Shown here: positions 1 to 12,009 of the stretch, one piece after another
How positions within the stretch are numbered: position 1 is the first letter of the stretch
How the letters are laid out: every line of letters starts with the position of its first letter
Assembly (NCBI GenBank): GCA_002269645.1
Contig: NIVC01000909.1
Span: forward strand, 242,258 to 306,257
Direction of reading: 5' to 3'
Length of the DNA: 64,000 nt
From: Macrostomum lignano
Lineage: Eukaryota
The notes under the pieces: generated by a model
Database searches by the model: none
Seen by the model: only the letters and a program-made list of their open reading frames with translations
What the model was told of the DNA's origin: nothing
Position numbers and translations under genes: made by a program

Positions 1-350
1 AATACACTACGTACGTAGATAGGAAGTTTTCATTTTTCAGCACAAAAATTGTTATTGCCATGCCACCGATAAGACCCAAAGCTAATATTTGATAATAAAT
101 TTAACACTTATAGCTCAATTGATATATGCATGTAGCTTTAGTTCAGAAGATAAGGATTCTATGTTAATGTTTTATTCCACGTACATTGCTGTACCTAGTT
201 AAAAAGCATAAAAATGCATAGGCGCAGGCGGTTTATGAATCTATTTTGCCATCTCTGTGCTCATATTGTTTATACATACACTCATGCTCATACAGTCAGG
301 GATCATAAAATAGAATTCATAAGCCCATGATCCGAGGCGTGCAAGCAATT
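1..350. repeat. Older, diverged partial copy of the MITE family at 449-1146
   Basis: aatacactac..gataggaagttttcatttttcagcacaaaaatt at the window start resembles the terminal inverted repeat (TIR) arm at ~520-700, with many substitutions. Confidence 0.5.
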
Positions 351-448
351 TTTTAATCTTATATTTTGAAGATTTTATATCTTTAAATCAAATTGCTTTT
401 CTACATAGATGTCAGACCTTCCTTATATCGTTCGCTTAGAAAGTTTAG

Positions 449-1146
449 CAAGGACGACTTAAGTAGAAGGACGGGAAACCTCGTTTCTTAGAAAATTTTT
501 GAAGGCACTTTTTCCCGAAAAAATACACTACGGAGATAGGAAATTTTCATTTTTTCAGCACAAAAATTGCTATTACTTTTGATAGGAGGCAGATCCAGTG
601 CTCATCTTTTGATATGTTGTGCCTTTTTTATTGCTCTATCGATATTTATAAAGCTTTTTGTTCAGAAAATTAGGATTATATGTCAATTTTTTATTCTACG
701 TACATTTCCTGTATCTGAAAATCACAAAAATGCATGACACAGCTCCAATATTTGCTTTTATAAACCTGTTTTATCATCTCTGTTACGAATATTTGCTAAA
801 CAGTCAGTTAAGAATGATAAAATAGACTTCTAAAACCAAAGAGCCGAGCCGTGGCATTCTAATGTATTTCAATCACAAGACACGTGAAAATATACGGAGA
901 ATAAAAAATTTACATAGAATCCTAATTTTCTGAACTAAAAGCTTTATAAATATCGATAGAGCAATAAAAAAGGCACAAAATATCAAAAGATGAGCACTGG
1001 ATCTGCCTCCTATCAAAAGTAATAGCAATTTTTGTGCTGAAAAAATGAAAATTTCCTATCTCCGTAGTGTATTTTTTCGGGAAAAAGTGCCTTCAAAACT
1101 TTTCTAAGAAACGAGGTTTTCCGTCCTTCTACTTAAGTCGTCCTTG
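449..1146. mobile_element. Non-autonomous DNA transposon (MITE), hAT/P-type ends, ~250-bp TIRs
   Basis: Begins CAAGGACGACTTAAGTAG and ends CTACTTAAGTCGTCCTTG; the arms ~449-700 and ~895-1146 are inverted copies; perfect 8-bp TSD AAGTTTAG at 441-448 and 1147-1154. Confidence 0.88.
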
Positions 1147-2135
1147 AAGTTTAGTTGCACGTTTAAATAGATGTACGGCCCAGACTCATTAATAAGAAAT
1201 GTATTTCTCATTAAACAAGTTATAGCAAAAATGCTGTAAAAATATTGAAAAAATTTTTCAAGTCATTCGAAACAAAAACAAATTACTAAAAATCAACAAA
1301 AAAAATTTGATCTTCCTTTGTTTGATCTTATTTAGAAATCTGTATCTTAGAAAACACAGCGGGCTTTCACTACACCCACCTACCTATTACACGAAGTCAT
1401 ACCGCATGTTGCGATTACTCTACGCAATAAGCAAAGATTGATTTAAAATTTATAGTAAAGATCTAAGTGAAAATCCTCATGAATTCATTTATAGCTTTAA
1501 CTGAATCATCTCAGGTATGTTAATGCAACAGTAGTATTTTTTATTTTTTTAAATAGTGATACTAGATACGCCACACTTAGAGACACGGCGGCCGTGTCTA
1601 TAATGCAGAAACTTATAGTATACACAGCGGCCGTGTCTCTAATAGTGACTGGGTCCATATTTATAGACTCTATCGATCTAGGTCCTATATCGATGGCTAT
1701 TAAGTTCCACTATTATTATTATTAATATTTTATAACACTTCTGTTGATCAGATAGGGCCTACATTTCTATTTTATATTATTTCACTATCATTTTGGCTTA
1801 TTCCATTTACATTTAGTTCAGTAGATAGACTATTATTGTATTAAGTCAGACAAAAAAAAATTTTCTTGAAAAACATAAATTATTGTATGAAATAAAATTC
1901 AATTCAAGAATATCAAAGCTAAGATAATTTTCTATTCCAAATGTGTAAACACAAGGGTTGATTTAAAAGTTTGGGCACTTTTGTAGCATTTTAAGTGTTA
2001 TAAGTGTTAGAACTTAGACAGTGATGGGCACTGCTAAATTTATTTTTAGTGCAGCTAATTAGTGCTGTCGCTAACTGATACAAGAAAATAATTAGCAATC
2101 GCTAACTAATAGTGGGCACTATTTTTACTTTGAAT

Positions 2136-2572
2136 CCACACTCAGGAAGGTGTCACGTGTGTGCGGGAATATATTTCAGTGTATTTTTGGAGTGTGCACT
2201 GTGCGCAAAGCTAAAATATAAATTTTTGCGCCGAGGTCTAAATTCATTTATTGATAAATACATAGCTAGAGTACTAATGCGCTGTAGCACTAAAAACTTG
2301 ATAAAAGTCCAATTGAAACAAAAGTAAAAAAACAGATAAATTTTCATACATTATGTAGGTTTTTTTTAACTCAAAACTTTTGCTTTACTTTAGCTAACTA
2401 TTTAGGTGACTCAATGTGAGCTAAATTTTTCTGATCAGCTTTTGCTATGCGCCACTGTGCGTTACAAACTTCTGCTAAGCCTTTGTTGTGCACCATGTAC
2501 GCCACTTTGCGTATATTTTTTGTTGATGTGCGCCGTAATTTTCCGCCATAATGTATACCTTCCTGAGTGTGG
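2136..2572. mobile_element. Nested 437-bp MITE inserted in the hAT element
   Basis: TIR CCACACTCAGGAAGG / CCTTCCTGAGTGTGG; 8-bp TSD CTTTGAAT (2128-2135, 2573-2580). A diverged related fragment lies at ~4550-4640. Confidence 0.75.
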
Positions 2573-2789
2573 CTTTGAATTTAGTGCAATTAGCGCCACT
2601 AACTTTTAAATGTGCTAATTAATTAATAAATTTAATATAAACTGCCATTTCACAGAAATTCATGCATTTTTGCACATTTTTAACTTATACATTTTAAATG
2701 ACTAAGCTAATAATGCTATTGCTAATAATTCGTTTTTATTATCAATCCTAATAAAAAATTCTCAAGCCGCTAAACTGTTAGAGCAACAG

Positions 2790-2915
2790 TTAATAGAAAG
2801 AGTTCCTAAAATTACAATGCTATTTGCCTTGAAAAATGTCAAAGGCCCTTGCTACTATGGCCATAGCCTTCTTATACTCAGGAAGGAAGGCAAGATCATC
2901 AGCTTGAAATGGCGG
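2790..2915 (-). pseudogene. hAT transposase fragment
   Basis: Manual translation PPFQADDLAFLPEYKKAMAIVARAFDIFQGK* fits the hAT motif FLxEYxxxMxPxAxALDxLQG. Confidence 0.6.
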
Positions 2916-5229
2916 TACAGGATTTATTAACCCTACCATCACTGCCATTTCACACCCTGTTGATATAGTCTGTCATTTCGTATCATTGCTTAGAGTATCA
3001 ACTGAGTTGAACATTAAATTCTTTGATTAAATTATTAAATGAAATTGAATGAATCAACAACTTCTTGCTAATGAATTAAAAGTAGTAAGAAAACTTTTAA
3101 AGTCAATGAAAAAAACAAGATTATTTGTGATAATAAAAATAAAAAAAAGAAATTCAAATTTTGTTTTGCATTTCTAAAAAAATTAGAAACATATTAGAGA
3201 TTTATTTAGTAAAAGTTTAATAGATTTACATAATCTTTAACTTATTACTCAAATAGGGTCTCATTTTATGTATTAAACAGTCATTAACCATCTAGTTTTA
3301 TAGCAAAAAATGAATTTAGCCCAATTAGCAATTTTCAGAAAATATTAGTGGCGCTTTGATAGCGCACACTAATCGGAATTTCAATTCAACAGAATTAGTA
3401 GCACTAACAAAACATTAGTGGCGCTAGTGCCCATCATTGAACTTAGAAGATATGTCTAAAAATATATTAGGCAAAATCAAAAAATTGGTGGCAATGTTTT
3501 GAAAATTCATTTTTTGTGTTTTAAAAATGATAAAGCTATAAAATAAATTTTTTTGAGTTTAAAAAGTTAAAAAAATATCTATAAAAGCACAAATTATTTA
3601 TGTATAGCCTTATTTTTAATAAAATGATTTGTTAAAATAGTAAATTAAATTATGAATAAAATGACTCTCATATAATGATAGAAAAGCTCTAATAATTACA
3701 TTATACATGCCACAATGATATATATTTAGGTGTAATTTCATTGTTCTTTGTTGCTTAATAAGCCTATAGGAAGCATTTGATTTGGATACAAGGTTCAAAT
3801 TTTGTGGTGCCAATTTTAATCAAAAAAATTTGAAGGCTAAATATAGGCATACTATATACATTAATACTCTACAAGTTGATATTTAAATGAAAGAAAACAA
3901 CTTGAAGATTATTTGGCAACAAGGAATTAGCGATATATTTACTTTTAGACAAGATGTTTATTAGCAAACTTTGCACTTTAAATTAGTATGAATTTTTGCA
4001 AGTTTATATGGCTTTAGAAAAACTTGGAAATTCTTTATCTTTGTGAATAAAATAAAAATAAAACATGGAATCTTTTGTATTCTTGTATTTGTATAAGAAT
4101 ACGTTGTAAGTAGTAAAAAATAGCCTTCTCTTAGGTCTACATATCTTGTAATTAATTGTTTATAAATGAAAAAAGTGAAACCAAAAATTTTAAATTGGTC
4201 AACTTGAACTTGTTTATTTAGTGTTGTAAGGCATGAAAACAATAGTTTTTATCCAGAACTATTTTAAAGACTTATCTATCTTTCAGAAAGCTTTTTTAGA
4301 TATGCTACCTTCCATCAAATGTCCACAAATTTGTTTTACCATTTTATCCCACGTTTTTGGATTTTGCTGATAGCAAAAGTTATATAGGTTTAAGATTTTA
4401 TCTTGATTCTAAAATTTTGAGACAGCCTTTTTTAGTCATTTCAAAAAATTCTCACAATTTTGAAAATGGGCTTAGAATTTGAAAACAGTTATGAAATATT
4501 GGCTTCATTATAGAAAGTGTAAATTGTGAAAATGCACTATTTTTATCTATGGTCAGGAAGGTGTGCCATGTGCGCCACTGTTGCAACAAATTGCTAATAG
4601 TCAAATTTTTAACTGTGCACCATATGCCAAGCAAAAAAGTATATGGGCATTAAGAAAAAAGAAATGTGCACTTTATATTAGGCCTAGTATCTATTATATA
4701 GCAATTTAAATTTAAAAGATAAAAGAAAATAATAATCTTATTTTGAATTTTGGATTTTTTCTTATTTATTTTTTTTCTGGTGTGCATTTATAATTATTCA
4801 ATTTTTGTTCAGGTGTGCACCCAGCATGATTTAGACTATAGGCTGAGTTGGAAAAAAAGTAAGGTCAAGTCAAATTTTAGTCAAGGATGTATATAACAAC
4901 AAAATATTTCCCTTCCTATTACACAGTGGCCAGAAAGGGGAGAAGAAGTCAAAGAGCATATGTCTAGGTCCTAGCCCTTATAAAGTCACACCCTAGCTTG
5001 GTGTAAGGTACCAGCATTAGTTAAAAGCTAATCAGGATATATTGCCATTTGCCTTTGCCCTTGCCTGCGCAGTCTTTGCAGCTTGGGCAGCAGCACTTTA
5101 TATAGCAACTCAGAGCAGTGAGCCTCTAAGAGGAAGACGTGGCTAGCCAATCAAAGTCACCACCCACATAGTAGGTCAGAAGGCTACATCAGGTGCACCT
5201 TGCATAAAGTGTAGTGTTGGTCTTGCTGC

Positions 5230-5820
5230 CTAGACTGCTATACTTTCCAAACTCCAGTCTCCACACACAGAATGGCTGCATACAGAGTGTCCAGCTGCCT
5301 CTCTAAGGCATCTGCCAGGGTCTAAGTCTTGGCATTGTACAACAAGATTATTTGTCTCAATGGCTATTTGAAATAGCTGCACTCTGAGCCTATCACTCAG
5401 GGCCTTCGAATCAGGGTTGCAATAGTCTGAGCATAGTGTAAATAGGGTAAGCTGGGACAGCAGCTTTGCTAGATAGCCAATAGCTAATACCATGCAACTT
5501 TCTTGGCCAGCTTTGAAGCATTCTTTTTTATTTTGCACAATTCCTTGAAGGCACTTGTTTGTATCTTTCTGAAGTTTGACAAATGTATTTACCTCATTGA
5601 CCAAACTTGACAGCAGATTTTTTGGCACCATCATGACATTAGGCTCAGCAGGTACAAAAGAATTAGCAATTAAAATTTCTGACATTAGTAGTGATCTTGT
5701 AACTGCAAAGGATGAAGCTGTGGCAACTAGAGAGGCAGCAATAGCATTTGCCATTCTAAGGTAATAACCTTTCTCCTTCTGGCTGCTGCATTTAAGGATC
5801 TCTAATTTGGAAGTTCTTCC
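5230..5820 (-). CDS. Possible talin/HIP1-type I/LWEQ (THATCH) actin-binding-domain exon or pseudo-exon
   Basis: Open frame of ~195 codons. MANAIAASLVATASS, LLSSLVNEVNTFVKLQKDTNKCLQG and SQL..DSKALSDRL..TNNLVVQCQ line up by eye with talin SIAAATSALVKAAS, LISAARMVAAATNNLCEAANAAVQG and AQL..DSEAMKRL..SDNLVKAAQ. Splice partners not found; the region is CpG-poor. Confidence 0.4.
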   Translation of the reverse strand, partial: GRTSKLEILKCSSQKEKGYYLRMANAIAASLVATASSFAVTRSLLMSEILIANSFVPAEPNVMMVPKNLLSSLVNEVNTFVKLQKDTNKCLQGIVQNKKECFKAGQESCMVLAIGYLAKLLSQLTLFTLCSDYCNPDSKALSDRLRVQLFQIAIETNNLVVQCQDLDPGRCLREAAGHSVCSHSVCGDWSLESIAV

Positions 5821-7393
5821 TCATTATTGCTTATATCACTAGATGATTTGTGGCATAGAGAAAATTTTTGTCATTACTTTCATTATCTCTCTCATTGTTG
5901 TCAACATTGTTTTCCTATAAGACATTTAGCAGAAGCTGGAGCATAAAGAGCATTGGGCAACAAATGTTCAGTACTTTTGGAGTAAGAGTTTGCCAGTTTT
6001 AATGCACTGTCAGTGTTATAATCAGATGTTATACTTTGTGCCAAAAAAATTGTCAAAGTGCTAGACTTAAAAAAATTGTCCAACTGTGAAAACAATAGCC
6101 ATGTGTTTTTGGCTTTTTTGATTTACTAAAACATTTGTTCCTTGCATGGTGAGGGATGACAGTAAGTTTGTAATTCACTTTAATGCAATAATTAAACTTT
6201 TAATCATTTTTAAGTTTATAAAGAATGCCAAAAATGTTATAATATATATAATTATTTCTATATACAATTTTATATGTACTGATTCTTGGAACTATTGAAC
6301 TTTACACTTATAATAGAATAGAAATCCATAAGTCAGCAAAAAATATTGGCAGTGCTTTTATTACAGTCTATGCCAATACTTCTATGCTAATAATTCCTAG
6401 CTTAATATCATTGCAGCTTACTAGAATAACAATTCTACTTTATATAATATACAATGTATTGTAAACCAAAATTATGAAATGTATCCCCATGATACTTCAA
6501 TTAGCCTTAAACAAATTTATTTGTATGGTTGAGTCTTCAATAATATATACTCGTAGGAAGTTGAAAATGTATTTAAACTGACTAAAATGTATAATATCTT
6601 TCTCTTACTAGAGTCAAATATTATCTTTTTATCAAGTTTTTCTATTGTTTTTTTCTATCAATTATAGTTTCTAATCACTTCTCTACTTGACTTGGCTTAC
6701 TAATATCAAATATTTTTTTAATATAAATTATATTTTTTATAGCAAGGCATATATAACAATATATATATATATACCGCATATATGTAATATAACTCATATA
6801 CACACACATACACATGCATATATACACACATATAACATCAACACAAGATGACTGGCTTAATAAATTTATTATGATATGGCTAGGTGGTATTTGGCTGTTC
6901 CCACCATTGAGACAATCAGTAAGCTGCCTTGTGGATCTTACAAAGATCTTAGAAAGATCTTAGAAAGAGACAAAACATATTTTTTTGTTTGAACATGCTT
7001 TTCATTTAATGTAGAAAATTGCAAGCTTTGCACAGTTGCCAATCATTAATCTTGAGTTGTTTTCTAATAATAAATTTGTCAAAATCACTGAGGTTGCTGA
7101 AGGCAGGAGTCTTTTGAAGCTTAATGCAAGTAAACTGTGGTGCAAAATTTAACAGAATACAATTTTTCAAAAATATTTCAATTGACAATTGAGATCAAGA
7201 TTGAGATTTTGTCTGACCCTAATAGAATTTGATGTAGTTTTTTAAATGCTATACACAACATTATTTCTTGCCTTGCTATACTAAATTACTTTTTACTATA
7301 TTATGATAAATTGCATAATGCTAGCTAGTTATGCCATGGCAATTAAAAACAAATATAGTGAGATTTTTTTTATTTTTGGCAAAACTAGCAAAA

Positions 7394-7621
7394 CACTTTT
7401 GCCAAAGTTAAATGCACGCTTTAACCGATTCTACCACAGTTTACCATAGACATGTTGCTAGAAGGCGTATGCTTTTTCTATGGGCTGCCAAAATTGAAGT
7501 CACTTTTGCCAAAGTTAAATGCACGCTTTAACCGATTCTACCACAGTTTACCATAGACATGTTGCTGACAGGCGTACGCTTTTTCTATGGGCTGCCAAAA
7601 TTGAAGTCACTTTTGCCAAAG
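7394..7621. repeat. 107-bp tandem duplication (~2.1 copies)
   Basis: cacttttgccaaagttaaatgcacgc.. recurs at 7394 and 7501, with a partial third copy. Confidence 0.85.
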
Positions 7622-8033
7622 TCGAGCTTGAAAAGGTATTTAAAATGCTCCCTTCTCGGCTAGAAAGGCTTTGCTCAGGGGCGCATCAAGATTCTAGCTA
7701 TGCTCTATGGTCAGCCCTGCTGATCATGTCGGCAGGAACGGAGTTTTTCTATTTCTAGCTCCGGCGCGAAAAGCTTTTAATAGGCGTTAGTCCTAATATT
7801 TAATACATAGAACTTTGTATATATTGCTCCTTTCATTGCATTCATTAGGCCCCTAATTTATGATATATAAATGAGCTAAAGTAAGTATGTCTATGACTGT
7901 AATAGCAAAGGCTATCTATAGAGTCTGATGTATTTATATAACTCTAACTTGGCATTGTTATATAGGTTATACATAGGTGAAATATCATGTTTAAGCTCAT
8001 GGACACACATGCAACACAACTATCAAAACTCAG

Positions 8034-11000
8034 GTGTCGGAGTTGTGCGATTTCCTCAAATCGCTGGGCTGGTCCGGTGCCCAGACTGTGGACGCCTCAA
8101 CAGGGCCATGGCACGAACAGCTGACAAAAGTGTTGCCAGGCCTGTCTGTCCTGTCCCAGAAACCCATTCCACCAGCTGACATTGAATCTGTACTAAACGG
8201 AATTGTCTCCCTGCTAGTTGAAATGCCGCAATCCGCCATGCCTAACGCTGTTGACCTATTCTGCAAAGCTGTGTGCAGTCTGAACTTGAAACTGGCCCTA
8301 GCCGGTGGAGCTCAGGCTGAAGATGCCAAACAACAACAGCAGCAGCAGCAGCAGCAAGTCGCCAACGTTGCACCGTCAGTTCGAGAAGCCGCGGCCGCTT
8401 GCAAAGTGTCGCCGCTGCAGAATCTGTTTCGCATATTGCCTGAGAATTCTCCGCTAAGGTATACGGTCTATCTGGCTCTGGTTGAGACCGCGTCTGAGGA
8501 GAAACGAATGAATCAGGTGGTAACGGATCGGGTTCAGCTGCGCAACTGGATGAGCGACTGGCAGTGCAGCCCAGAGGATAGGAAGGTCAGACATTACGGT
8601 TTTAACACTGGAGCTCACGCCTGAGATAAGCGGTTCATAAATCTCACCTTTAAGATAAGCGGCCCTTAAATCTCACCTTTGAGATAAGCGGCCCTAAAAT
8701 CTCACCTTTGAGATAAGCGGCCCTAAAATCTCACCTTTGAGATAAGCGGCCCTTAAATCTCACCTTTGAGATAAGCGGCCCTTAATATCAACTCTGAGAT
8801 AAGCGGCCCTTAAATATCAACTCTGAGATAAGCAGCCCTTAAATCTCACCTTTGAGATAAGCAGATCCTAAATCTCACACCTGAGATAAGCGGTTCATAA
8901 ATCTCACCTCTAAGATAAGCGTGTCCTAAATCTCACCCCCTGAGATAAGCGGATCCTAAATCTCACCCATGAGATTAGCGGGTCTTGAATCTCACCCTCG
9001 AGATTAGCGAATCTTATATATCAACCCTGAGATTAGCGTGTCCTAAATCTCACCCCTGATATAAGCGGGACCTAAATCTCACCCCTGAGATTAGCGGGTC
9101 TTGAATCTCAACCCTGAGATAAGCGGGACCTAAATCTCACCCCTGAGATTAGCGGGTCTTGAATCTCACCCCTGATATAAGCGGGACCTAAATCTCACCC
9201 CTGAGATTAGCGGGTCTTGAATCTCAACCCTGAGATAAGCAGCTCTGAGGTCCCACCCTAACATAAGCGGCTCTGAGATCTCACCCCTGAGATAAGCGGC
9301 TCTGAGATCTCACCCGTGAGATAAGTGGTTCTAAAATCTCACCCCTGAGATTAGCGGCTCTGAGATCTCACTCCTGAAATAAGTGGCTTTAAAATCTCAC
9401 CTGAGATAAGTGGCTTTTAAAATCTCACCCCTGAGATAAGTGGTTCTAAAATCTCACCCCTGAGATAGGTGGTTCTAAAATCTTACCCCTTAGATTAGCG
9501 GCTCTGAGATCTCACTCCTGAAATAAGTGGCTTTAAAATCTCACCCCTGAGATAAGTGGCTTTTAAAATCTCACCCCTGAGATAAGTGGCCCTTGAATCT
9601 CACCCCTGACAGACCCTGTGGCGCCGGCTGCATTCGGCGCTAACGCGCAGCGGCGACACGGCGAGCGCCAACGCCTGTTTAATCGACCTGATGGACGCCT
9701 ACACCGAGCAGGACGCATCCAAAGCCAGAGACGAAGCCATTATGTGCATCGTGGCCACCCTATCAGACGATTCCGTCTACATCATGGACCATCTGCTCAG
9801 CTTGAAACCTATCCAGTTTCTCGAAGGCGAACTGATTCACGAACTATTGATGATCTTTGTTAGCGGCAGCCTGACCGACTATTTGACTTTTGCCGACAAA
9901 AATGCCGATTTTGTTCGCGGTTTAAACATCTGCGCCGAGTCCTGCATGAACAAGCTCAGGTTGTTGACCCTAATGCGGCTGGCTGAGAATAAGCTAGAGC
10001 TGGACTATGCACTGCTGCAGGATGAGCTCAAGATGGAGTCTGACGATCTGGAAGAGTTCATCATTGATGGTTTGTACTGCATGACTTCTTTGTTCGAAGC
10101 AGTTCTAACAAATGTTCTATCAGATGCGATTCTTAGAAGTATTTGATTCAGGGTGAATTTTGAAATATTTAATTATTAGTGAGATCCTTGGAAATGTTTA
10201 GTTTGGGGTGATTCCTGGAAATATTTCAATATGGTGATTCTTGGAAATATTTCAATATGGTGATTCCTGGAAATATTTCAATATGGTGATTCTTGGAAAT
10301 ATTTCAATATGGTGATTCCTGGAAATATTTCAATATGGTGATTCTTGGAAATATTTCAATATGGTGATTCTTGGAAATATTTCAATATGGTGATTCTTAG
10401 AAATATTTCAATATGGTCATTCTTGGAAATATTTCAATATGTTGATTCTTGGAAATATTTCAATATGGTCATTCTTAGAAAATATTTCAATATGGTCATT
10501 CTTAGAAAATATTTCAATATGGTCATTCTTAGAAAATATTTCAATATGGTGATTCTTGGAAATATTTCAATATGGTGATTCTTGGAAATATTTCAATATG
10601 GTCATTCTTGGAAATATTTCAATATGTTGATTCTTGAAAATATTTCAATATGGTCATTCTTAGAAAATATTTCAATATGGTCATTCTTAGAAAATATTTC
10701 AATATGGTGATTCTTGGAAATATTTCAATATGGTCATTCTTAGAAAATATTTCAATATGGTCATTCTTGGAAATATTTCAATATGTTGATTCTTGGAAAT
10801 ATTTCAATATGGTCATTCTTAGAAAATATTTCAATATGGTCATTCTTAGAAAATATTTCAATATGTTGATTCTTGGAAATATTTCAATATGGTGATTCTT
10901 AGAAATATTTCAATATGGTCATTCTTGGAAATATTTCAATATGGTGATTCTTAGAAATATTTCAATATGGTCATTCTTGGAAATATTTCAATATGTTGAT

Positions 11001-11699
11001 TCTTGGAAATATTTCAATATGGTCATTCTTAGAAAATATTTCAATATGGTCATTCTTAGAAAATATTTCAATATGTTGATTCTTGGAAATATTTCAATAT
11101 GGTGATTCTTGGAAATATTTCAATATGGTGATTCTTGGAAATATTTCAATATGGTGATTCTTAGAAATATTTCAATATGGTGATTCTTGGAAATATTTCA
11201 ATATGGTGATTCTTAGAAAAGTTTAGTTTTGGTCGATTTTGGGAAATAATTTAATAGGGCGATTCCATTCTTACCGATAGGGCGGTTTCTTAGAAACCTT
11301 TTATTTGTAAATCGATTCTAAGAACCATATTTTGTTATCGAGCCTTTAATTGTACAGTAAAGTGTGTTTGTGTTAAGGTTAACTAGGCCGTTAAACAGTA
11401 AACAATAAACAATAAACAGTAAACAATAAACAGTAAACAATACAACTCACCTATTTACCTTAGCCGCTCGCAAGGAGGCGGTATTCTGCAAACTAGACGA
11501 AGTGCAGCGCAAAGTGCTGGTCTACGGCACCACCCACCGGACATTCGGCCGGGCCCAGTGGACCTCGTTGCGGCACACCCTGCAACAATGGCACGACAAT
11601 CTGCAAGAGGTACAAACTAAACTGCAAGTCCTGGCCCCCGGTGAGCTGGATGAAATTCCGTCTACAACTGGACAGCCATCGACCGCTGTTAGCTCTTGA
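8034..11699 (+). CDS. EIF3M: Eukaryotic translation initiation factor 3 subunit M; coding exons 8034-8585, 9613-10069, 11464-11699; N-terminal ~13 aa not found
   Basis: Motifs ELCDFLKSLG, RYTVYLALV, LRNWMSDW, DHLLSLKPIQFLEGELIHELLMIFVSG, KLRLLTLM and THRTFGRAQW match eIF3m (PCI domain). GT-AG junctions are phase-compatible (0, then 1). Confidence 0.95.
8614..9610. repeat. 29-30-bp minisatellite filling an EIF3M intron
   Basis: Unit gagataagcggccctaaaatctcaccttt / ..ctcacccct; the last unit supplies the acceptor (ctcacccctgacag). Confidence 0.95.
10205..11220. repeat. 26-27-bp minisatellite in an EIF3M intron
   Basis: Unit ttcttggaaatatttcaatatggtga. Confidence 0.95.
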
Positions 11700-12009
11700 A
11701 TAACTGACTGCTGGGCCGAATTAATTAAAACAATTAACTGGTTTTGGTGTTTAAAGTTCATTCGTTCAAAGTTCAGAGTTCAAAGTTCAGATTGAACAAT
11801 AAATACAGTTTGTTTGTGGCCTCGTAGATGGCTCATGCGTTCTCGTGGAATTTATCCGTGTTTTGGCCTCCATTTCTTTGTTTGCTATATTTTTGTTAGT
11901 AGTATAAGCAAGCGTGTGTGTTCCGTTTTTATTCAAAAATTCTCTGTATTCAGGAAACCTTACGTTAGTATTGAATTACGAGTTATGCGTCTCAGGGAGT
12001 GACAGGCAA

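Larger units (their letters stand above)
2019..3439 (-). mobile_element. Internally deleted hAT transposon
   Basis: TIR CAGTGATGGGCACT / AGTGCCCATCATTG; 8-bp TSD AACTTAGA (2011-2018, 3440-3447); decayed subterminal TAGCGCTA-like motifs; internal transposase remnant. Confidence 0.85.

Noticed and set aside
1577-1642. Small palindromic element (ttagagacacggcggccgtgtc..)
   Set aside because: Too short to classify and no TSD; probably a MITE remnant.
10345-10895. VILRKYFNM-repeat ORFs
   Set aside because: Intronic minisatellite translation.
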